DNA of 34,129 bases from Planctomycetota bacterium (GTDB lineage Bacteria; Planctomycetota; Planctomycetia; Pirellulales; UBA1268), in NCBI GenBank assembly GCA_003669255.1, contig QWPO01000096.1, positions 1 to 34,129 on the forward strand, given 5' to 3'. How positions within the stretch are numbered: position 1 is the stretch's first letter; every line of letters starts with the position of its first letter. Under the pieces are notes generated by a model. That model was not told where the DNA came from. It did not search any database and was given only the letters and a program-made list of their open reading frames with translations. Positions 28,129 through 34,129 of this stretch are shown here, in pieces. The translations under genes were made by a program, and so were the position numbers.

Positions 28129-29349
28129 TCAGGCCGGCCATGGGTTTTCCAGGCGGTGGCGGATCACCCGAAGCACGTCGTCGGTGCCGTCCATCCGTCC
28201 GGCGACGGCCGCCAGCGGCGCGGCGAACCGGTCGAGGCCATCGACGAAGGCTCGCACGACACCGGGCGTCACTTCCTCGAGCAGGCAGAAGTCGCCGCAG
28301 CCCATCGACCGGAGAAAGTGGCTGTTCATCATCTGTTCGGAGTGCGCCCGCTCGGGCAGGACGAGCAGCGGCTTGCCGAGATGAAGGGCCTCGCCGATGA
28401 GTTGGTTGCCGGCGGCCGACACGAGCCCGCGACAGGCCGTGAGATCGGCGACAAAGGCACGCTCGTCGATCGCGTGGAACGACACCTGCCCCACTGCGTC
28501 GCGCTGGCCCAGGCCGTAGACCCGCACCGGCATGCCACAGTCGGCCAACGCCTCGATCGCCGAGAAGGGCGTGTGACGCCGGAGGTAACTGAGAATGAAG
28601 CCATCGTCGCGGGGCGTGGCATCGAGGATCTCGCGGCGGAGGAGCGGCCCGACCTGCACCACATGCTCCCAGCCACGGCGGAGCGGCGGCCTGAAGAACG
28701 CCGACACCACCGTGTCGGAAGCCTCCATCACATACATCCAGACTGCATGGCTCATGAACCATGCGTTCCACTGCAGCGATCGGGGGAGCGAATCGAGGTC
28801 GTAGGTGAGGAGGAAGTGCTGGTGATCGACACTCACGAGCGGAATACCCATGCGGCCCGCCGCCCGGGGCAGCGCCGGCTCAAAGTCGGCGATGGCAAGG
28901 TCGGCACCGAAGGTCTCGAGTTCGCGAAGCATCTGGTCCACAAGCGGGCCCAGCAGTCGCGCCTGGTAGTCGAGGCCGGCGGCGATCGACTTCATGACGT
29001 CGAGGCGTCCGCCGCTGTACTCAAAGACGACCCCTGGAACCTCCTCGATCCTCACTCGCGGGTGGCCCGTGGCGAACTGCTGACGGAGGAAGGTGAGGGC
29101 GTCGGCGGAGGTCCAGACGAGCACATCGTGGTCAGCCTCCAGGCGACCAACGAGCGTGCTCACCCGGGTCGCGTGGCCGCGGCCCTCACCGCACAGACTG
29201 ATGGCAATCCGGGACACGGTAGGACGGCCGAGGACGGCGGGGCACGCCGATATGGCGGCCCTCACCGCGTGGGATTGTCGCCGGAGGAGCGTGGTTTCGC
29301 CAGCGGCCCCGGGGCGGTGCTTCTGGACCGTCCATCGGTCGCGTACCAT
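28129..29349 (-). CDS. Glycosyltransferase, GT-B fold (MurG/MGT/GT28-like, MJ1255-type)
   Basis: The N-terminal motif is IAISLCGEGRGHATRV. The C-terminal motif GLVSAAGNQLIGEALHLGKPLLVLP is a nucleotide-sugar binding pattern. The true start may be GTG 29217, because the long form leaves only 26 nt to the divergent gene. Confidence 0.75.
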   Translation of the reverse strand: MVRDRWTVQKHRPGAAGETTLLRRQSHAVRAAISACPAVLGRPTVSRIAISLCGEGRGHATRVSTLVGRLEADHDVLVWTSADALTFLRQQFATGHPRVRIEEVPGVVFEYSGGRLDVMKSIAAGLDYQARLLGPLVDQMLRELETFGADLAIADFEPALPRAAGRMGIPLVSVDHQHFLLTYDLDSLPRSLQWNAWFMSHAVWMYVMEASDTVVSAFFRPPLRRGWEHVVQVGPLLRREILDATPRDDGFILSYLRRHTPFSAIEALADCGMPVRVYGLGQRDAVGQVSFHAIDERAFVADLTACRGLVSAAGNQLIGEALHLGKPLLVLPERAHSEQMMNSHFLRSMGCGDFCLLEEVTPGVVRAFVDGLDRFAAPLAAVAGRMDGTDDVLRVIRHRLENPWPA

Positions 29350-29375
29350 GCGGGGGAAGTGCGGCAGGAGATGGC

Positions 29376-30413
29376 ATGATCAGACTTCACACAGCGACCG
29401 GTCGGTGGCGTCGGCCTTGTGCAGCGGCGTCGCTCGTGATGCTGGCTGCAGCGGTTTTGGGGACGGCCTCCAGGGCGGATGACACACCCGCCGAGAAGAG
29501 CCCGCCCGTCGCGTTCGTGGGCGACACACCGATTGATGGGGCGGCGATCGAACGCGTGATCCGGAGGCTGCATCCGGTGTCGAAGCCGTCCGGTGAGCAG
29601 CGCAAGCAGATCGAGGTGATGGTGCTCGAGCAACTCGTCGACGAGGCATTGCTCCGCGCCGAACTCGCGACTCAGCTTGTCGAGGTTGCCGATGGCGAGA
29701 TTCAGGCTGGGTTCGAGCGTCTCCGCGGGCAGTTGGCATCGCGGGGCGTCCCGCTGGAGGCGTTTATGGCCGAGTCGGGCCGCGACGAGCAGGGGATCCG
29801 CGATCAGATCAGGCTCGAGCTTGCCCTCGATAAGTACATCAGGCCGCGGATGACCGCCGACAAGGTGAGCAGCTTCTTCGAGCAGAACCGGCGCGAGTTC
29901 GACGGCACGCGGCTGCGGGTCAGTCACATCGTGCTGCGGCCGGACATCGTTGACACCGAGGGCGTCGATCGTCAGGTGCGCCAGGCGGAGGCAATTCGCC
30001 GCGATGTCCTCCAAGGGAAGATCGTGTTCGACGAGGCGGCGCGACGGTTCTCAGCCGGTCCCAGCCGCCACAAGGGGGGCGACATTGGCTGGATCACTCG
30101 ATCCGGCCCAATGGTCGAGGCTTTCACCAAGCCGGTGTTCGCGCTTGCCAAAGGAAACATGTCGAAGCCGATCATGACGCCATTTGGTGTCCACCTGGTG
30201 AAGGTGATCGACGTGGAGCCCGGCCGCATCGGACTCGATGCCGTCCGGCCAGCTCTCGAGAAAATGATGGCCGCGCAACTCGTCCGCGATCTGTTGGCCA
30301 CGGCCCGAGCCTCAACCCCGGTGACCTACTCACCAGGCGTCTCGCACTTCGACCCGGCTACGCCGGCCGACGGTCCCGATCCCAGGCGGATCGTCGTCGA
30401 GGGCGGCCAGTAG
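29376..30413 (+). CDS. Peptidyl-prolyl cis-trans isomerase, parvulin (PpiC/SurA-like), secreted
   Basis: It has a signal peptide and a SurA-like N-terminal helical region. The parvulin domain is RVSHIVLRP...GGDIGWITRSGPMVEAFTKPVFALAKGNMSKPIMTPFGVHLVKV. Confidence 0.88.
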   Translation: MIRLHTATGRWRRPCAAASLVMLAAAVLGTASRADDTPAEKSPPVAFVGDTPIDGAAIERVIRRLHPVSKPSGEQRKQIEVMVLEQLVDEALLRAELATQLVEVADGEIQAGFERLRGQLASRGVPLEAFMAESGRDEQGIRDQIRLELALDKYIRPRMTADKVSSFFEQNRREFDGTRLRVSHIVLRPDIVDTEGVDRQVRQAEAIRRDVLQGKIVFDEAARRFSAGPSRHKGGDIGWITRSGPMVEAFTKPVFALAKGNMSKPIMTPFGVHLVKVIDVEPGRIGLDAVRPALEKMMAAQLVRDLLATARASTPVTYSPGVSHFDPATPADGPDPRRIVVEGGQ

Positions 30414-30558
30414 CGATGCGGGGGCTTGGAGACGGTGAAAACCATTCTCTCCGTCGTGCCTCCCTTGCGTAGTCTCCGCTTTCGGCGGGGTTTCCCGGTT
30501 GCCGCCTCGACGCTTGGCCGCTAGCCTCCCCGCCCCGCGTTGAGGCCTCGCATCCTGC

Positions 30559-31104
30559 ATGAAGTTCCGATCCGCACTCCTGGTGGCGTTCATGGTTGCC
30601 GTTCCCGCGGCGGCCATGTTTTCGCACCGCATTCCCGCCGAAGTCCGTCGCTCGATCCGCGACCAAATGGCTCGGCTTACTGCGGCATTGTCGCCGGCGA
30701 AGCCTGCCGAGGCTGGCGGTCGAACGGCGGGCAGGACGGAACCACCGATCGTGGAAGGGCCCGTGGTCGCCGCGGCCGCCGGCACGGCGCCCGGCCCCGC
30801 CGCGCCGCCAGTCGCTGCCGCGGAGACGGATCCCAGCGACGTCTTGGGGCGGCTCGCTCGGCTTGGGGCCATCGGTTTCGAGTGCCGCCCGATTGCCGGC
30901 GGCAGCGGGGAGCACGTCGCGAGTTGTAGTGTGCCGCTCGATGGCTCAGGGCAACTGCTGCGGGTGTTCCACGTCACCGGGAGCGACGCCCGCTCCGCGG
31001 CGATCGCCTTGCTGGACGACGTTGCGGCCTGGAGGGATCGCGCTGGCCTGCACCGGGCGGCGGCCGAGCCGGCTCGTGCCGGCGAACAGCCGCTGCGGTT
31101 CTGA
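30559..31104 (+). CDS. Hypothetical secreted protein
   Basis: It has the signal-like N-terminus MKFRSALLVAFMVAVPAAAMF, an A/P-rich linker and good GC3 bias. I recognise no family motif. Confidence 0.5.
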   Translation: MKFRSALLVAFMVAVPAAAMFSHRIPAEVRRSIRDQMARLTAALSPAKPAEAGGRTAGRTEPPIVEGPVVAAAAGTAPGPAAPPVAAAETDPSDVLGRLARLGAIGFECRPIAGGSGEHVASCSVPLDGSGQLLRVFHVTGSDARSAAIALLDDVAAWRDRAGLHRAAAEPARAGEQPLRF

Positions 31105-31120
31105 TACCGATCGTTATTCC

Positions 31121-31855
31121 ATGAACCCGTTCTCGACGCATGGCCGACGCGGCAGAACGCAGACGCTCGCCACGTGCCTTGCGGCTCCGGGGGCGGGAGC
31201 GTTGGCGAAGGACCTGCCTGCGGGCCGCCGGTGGTGGCTGCTCGGCGACCGGACGAGCAAGGCGGTCGATGAGCACCAGTCGCTCGGGCAGCACGTGCGG
31301 GCTGACGAACTGGCCCGGCTCGAAGCAGCCATGTTCCTGGCCCGCGAGCCCTTGACGACCCGCCGACTCGCGAAACTTGCACGGCTGCCAGATGGCACGC
31401 GGGCGCGGGTGCTTCTCCGGGAACTGCGTCGGCTGCACGACGCCTCCGGCGCGGCGTTTCGCGTTGAGCACATTGCCGGTGGATACCAGCTGCTCACCCG
31501 CGGTCCATTCGGCCCCTGGGTGCGCCGGCTCCTCGACCAGCCCTCCGCCAGTCGCTTGTCCGGAGCGGCCCTCGAAACGCTCGCGATCGTGGCCTACCGA
31601 CAGCCGGTCACCCGGGCCGAGATCGAGGCGATCCGTGGGGTTGGGAGCGAGGAGATGCTCCGGCATCTCCTGGAACGCGATTTCGTCGCGGTTGGGGGGC
31701 GTGCCGAGGAACTCGGCCGGCCCAACGTTTACGTCACCACGCGGCGGTTTCTGGGGGCTTTTGGGCTCGCCAGGATCGAGGATCTGCCCGCCGTGGAGGC
31801 GGCTCCCAGCAGTGCCGAGGGCCAGGGCGGCGCGACGGGGGCTGGCGGCGGCTGA
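31121..31855 (+). CDS. scpB: Segregation and condensation protein B (SMC-ScpAB kleisin partner)
   Basis: Motifs are LEAAMFLAREPLTTRRLAKL, GGYQLLT, LSGAALETLAIVAYRQPVTRAEIEAIRGV, LLERDFV and GRPNVYVTTRRFLGAFGL. The start is ATG 31121, with GTG 31295 as an alternative. Confidence 0.88.
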   Translation: MNPFSTHGRRGRTQTLATCLAAPGAGALAKDLPAGRRWWLLGDRTSKAVDEHQSLGQHVRADELARLEAAMFLAREPLTTRRLAKLARLPDGTRARVLLRELRRLHDASGAAFRVEHIAGGYQLLTRGPFGPWVRRLLDQPSASRLSGAALETLAIVAYRQPVTRAEIEAIRGVGSEEMLRHLLERDFVAVGGRAEELGRPNVYVTTRRFLGAFGLARIEDLPAVEAAPSSAEGQGGATGAGGG

Positions 31856-31894
31856 ATCCCCGGGCTCGTGACTTGCACGCCCCGCGGGCGGTGG

Positions 31895-31949
31895 ACACAC
31901 TGTCTGCCTCGCCGGACCCCCCGCAGCCTTTCAAAGACAGGTGTTTTTT
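31895..31949 (+). terminator. Terminator-like hairpin with T6 tract after scpB
   Basis: ACACACTGTCT (31895-31905) pairs with AGACAGGTGT (31935-31944) with one bulge. It is followed immediately by TTTTTT (31944-31949), which is a rare T-run in this GC-rich DNA. Confidence 0.45.
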
Positions 31950-32036
31950 CGCCTGCCGATTGGACGATGCAGGAGCGATCAGGTAGAGAAATGTCCTGTG
32001 GTGTCGTTGTCGATCAGATTTCAGGAGGTTTTCGCC

Positions 32037-32504
32037 GTGACGATCGCTGCAAGTAGCCGTGAGCATCGAGACGCTCGTGATGCCGACGTCTTCTCGTGGA
32101 ACGAACTCCCCGAGTTGCTCGCCGCGGAGGACCTGTTCGACGCCTGCGGGACGGCGTGCGAACGCGGTACTGCACTGTGCGTTAATGAGTTGAAGTTCGG
32201 CGACGACAGCGTTGTCGTAGTCAGCGACGAGGATGACGATTACGACGACGACGAAGATGATGAGGACGATGAGGACGAAGACGACGACCTCGAGGACGAT
32301 GAGGACGACGAGGAAGAAGACGAAGACGAAGAGGAGTGGGAGGAGGTCGAGGACGAAGACGAAGAGGACGACGAAGAAGAGGAAGAGGACGAGGAAGAGG
32401 ACGAGGATGAAGAGGAAGAGGATGACGAGGACTGGGAAGACGACGACGAGGATTGGGAAGATGAGGACGACGATGAGGAAGATGACGACGACGATGATGA
32501 TTGA
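32037..32504 (+). CDS. Hyper-acidic protein with a ~90-residue Asp/Glu tract
   Basis: AGGAGG lies 8 nt before the GTG at 32037. The ~60-aa N-terminal region has 3 Cys. From SDEDDDYDDDEDD to the C-terminus the sequence is almost only D/E, with isolated Y, L, W and V. Confidence 0.6.
   Translation: MTIAASSREHRDARDADVFSWNELPELLAAEDLFDACGTACERGTALCVNELKFGDDSVVVVSDEDDDYDDDEDDEDDEDEDDDLEDDEDDEEEDEDEEEWEEVEDEDEEDDEEEEEDEEEDEDEEEEDDEDWEDDDEDWEDEDDDEEDDDDDDD
32226..32501 (+). repeat. (GAN)n purine-rich low-complexity coding repeat
   Basis: The stretch is about 276 nt of GAC/GAG/GAT/GAA codons. All three antisense and shifted frames are also open (poly-Ser, and Arg/Pro/His-rich), which is typical of a triplet repeat. 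Confidence 0.9.
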
Positions 32505-32647
32505 TCGTCGTCACCTGTGACTGCCTGTGGTGGTTCCAGGAAGCTCGCAGGCACGATCCTGATGCGATCCGGGCCCAGACTTGGGTCCGATGCTTTTCCG
32601 CTCAGCGGGGCCACCGGTCCCGCTCGCTGGCGCCCACTCGCTCGTGA

Positions 32648-33991
32648 TCAGTGGGCCGCGTTGTGGACTTCCAGGCGGGTGACGTGCCCCCGGCGTTCGA
32701 CGTCGATCACTGCCGTCGAGCCAGCGGCCTTCAATCGCTCAAGCATGTCGTCGTGCGACGAGATCCTGGCGTCGTCGATCGTCAGGATTCGGTCGCCGGG
32801 CATCATGCCGGCACGACTCGCAGGAGAATCGCGCCATACGCGAATGATCACCGGGGCATCGGGCTCTCCCGAATCGTTTCGGGTGCCGATCCCCCAGCGG
32901 CCGCGAGGGCTGCCGTCGGTATCAGGGATCGCGGCTTCGAGCCGGTTGCGGGTGGTGTTCGATTCGGTTCGGCACTCGCCACGAAACGGCGGCATGGGCG
33001 AGGGGTCGTTGGCGACGGCCGCCACGAACCCGAGGGCGAGTCGCGTCACCGGTTCGATGCCCGGCAGGTTCACCAGGTGCACGTCGTCGCTGGGGCGGTG
33101 GTAGTGGTCATGCAGGCCCGTGTGGAACATCACCGTCGGGATGCGGGCGGCGATGAACGGGTAGTGGTCGGAGTCTTCTTCGATGTCCCAGACGAACGAC
33201 AAGTCGAGTCCGGCAGCATGGGACGGGCGGTTATTCGCCTGGAGGACCGTCTCCCGGAGGCCGTGCGCCGTCCGGGTGCCGTAGACCTCCAACCGGTTGC
33301 CCCGCAGGCGGCCGATCATGTCGAGGTTGACCGACAGGACAACACGACGGCCAGCCATCCCCTGGGGCGCGACCCGGAGGAAGTGGTAGGAGCCAAGGAG
33401 TCCCTTCTCCTCGCCGTCCCAGAAGGCGATCAGGATCGACCGCCGCGGCTTTTCAGGGAGATGTCCGAGCGCCTCGACGATCTCCAGCAGGCCTGCCACT
33501 CCCGAGGCATTGTCATCGGCGCCGTTGTGGACGTAGCCGAAGGGGCCATAGCTGTTGTCGGCGTTGCCATAGCCAACGTGGTCGTAGTGGGCCCCGATGA
33601 CGATCACCTCCTTCGCCAACTCCGGATCGCTCCCCTCGATGAGCGCGAGGATGTTGCGCATGCCGCCGAATGGCTGGTAATACGTGCCGGCGTCGCCCGC
33701 CGGAGGGATGCCGAGTTTTGTGAGTTGCTCGACGATGTAGGTGGCCGCGGCACGGCCCCCCCGGCTGCCCCCTTCTCGACCCTCGAATGAGTCATCGGCC
33801 AGTACTCCCACGTGGCGGCCCGCGTCCGTAGCCCGGATCGAGGCGTGGGCGGCCGACATCATCTCCGCGGCCGTGGACACCGCGGGAGTGGCGGCCGTGA
33901 GGCCCAGAGCGAGCGTGGCCCAGGCGAGCGCCCAGGCGATCACACGGGTCGGCCGGGGTGCGGTACCGGGTGAAGTGGGTGTGTGCGACAC
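32648..33991 (-). CDS. M28-family metallopeptidase with C-terminal PDZ domain, secreted
   Basis: The start is GTG at 33991 and a signal peptide is present. M28 motifs are GAHYDHVGYG, NGADDNASGVAGLLE and FWDGEEKGLLGSYHF. The PDZ-like segment is SPASRAGMMPGDRILTIDDARI. Confidence 0.88.
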   Translation of the reverse strand: MSHTPTSPGTAPRPTRVIAWALAWATLALGLTAATPAVSTAAEMMSAAHASIRATDAGRHVGVLADDSFEGREGGSRGGRAAATYIVEQLTKLGIPPAGDAGTYYQPFGGMRNILALIEGSDPELAKEVIVIGAHYDHVGYGNADNSYGPFGYVHNGADDNASGVAGLLEIVEALGHLPEKPRRSILIAFWDGEEKGLLGSYHFLRVAPQGMAGRRVVLSVNLDMIGRLRGNRLEVYGTRTAHGLRETVLQANNRPSHAAGLDLSFVWDIEEDSDHYPFIAARIPTVMFHTGLHDHYHRPSDDVHLVNLPGIEPVTRLALGFVAAVANDPSPMPPFRGECRTESNTTRNRLEAAIPDTDGSPRGRWGIGTRNDSGEPDAPVIIRVWRDSPASRAGMMPGDRILTIDDARISSHDDMLERLKAAGSTAVIDVERRGHVTRLEVHNAAH

Positions 33992-34129
33992 GGTTCGGCG
34001 CTGCCTCCTTGCGGGACGCCAGAGTGGCGTCCAGAATAGTCGGCGAAGGATTTCCCCGGACCACGGGGTTTCTTCCCGGTTCCGTCGGCTGAGTTCGGGG
34101 CGACCTTCCCGTCTGGGAAGGGCGCGTCG

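Noticed and set aside
28119-28131. The palindrome CTGAG-GGC-CTCAG contains the convergent stop codons of rdgB and the glycosyltransferase, which are 5 nt apart.
   Set aside because: A 5-bp stem with a 3-nt loop is too weak to argue for function. It is probably coincidental.
32240-32614. A minus-strand ORF encoding a long poly-Ser tract opposite the acidic-protein gene.
   Set aside because: It is a by-product of the (GAN)n triplet repeat. It has no SD or plausible N-terminal domain, whereas the plus frame has AGGAGG plus GTG and a non-repetitive N-domain. It is not fully excluded without expression data.

Overview
This is a visibly GC-rich window with strong third-position G/C bias. It is densely coding and looks chromosomal. 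The gene content suggests a Planctomycetota-like genome: a stand-alone RNAP alpha-CTD protein, an FGE/SUMF1-type enzyme, an exosortase/EpsI locus and Pro-rich secreted proteins. That taxonomic guess is inference only. I call about 30 CDS. Housekeeping genes are the rpoC 3' part, PolX, a UvrD/PcrA-type helicase, rdgB, scpB, a YgfZ-like protein, a NUDIX hydrolase and a parvulin PPIase. There is a six-gene minus-strand envelope-polysaccharide array: prepilin-peptidase-like, exosortase, Wzz/BY-kinase, EpsI, gmd, fcl. The rest are uncharacterised secreted or membrane proteins. I saw no rRNA, tRNA, CRISPR array, transposase or integrase. The best candidate for an undescribed system is a tightly coupled minus-strand cassette at 9229-11962. 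It encodes a stand-alone alpha-CTD protein, a 4-TM DUF3592-like membrane protein with a C-terminal beta-rich domain, a small soluble paralogue of that domain, and a minimal P-loop NTPase. Other items worth a second look are a prepilin-peptidase-like gene heading the exosortase operon, a ~90-residue pure Asp/Glu-tract protein, an ATGA-coupled CHAD/FGE pair, and a possible 28-aa membrane micro-ORF. All family assignments come from motif recognition by eye. No database search was run.
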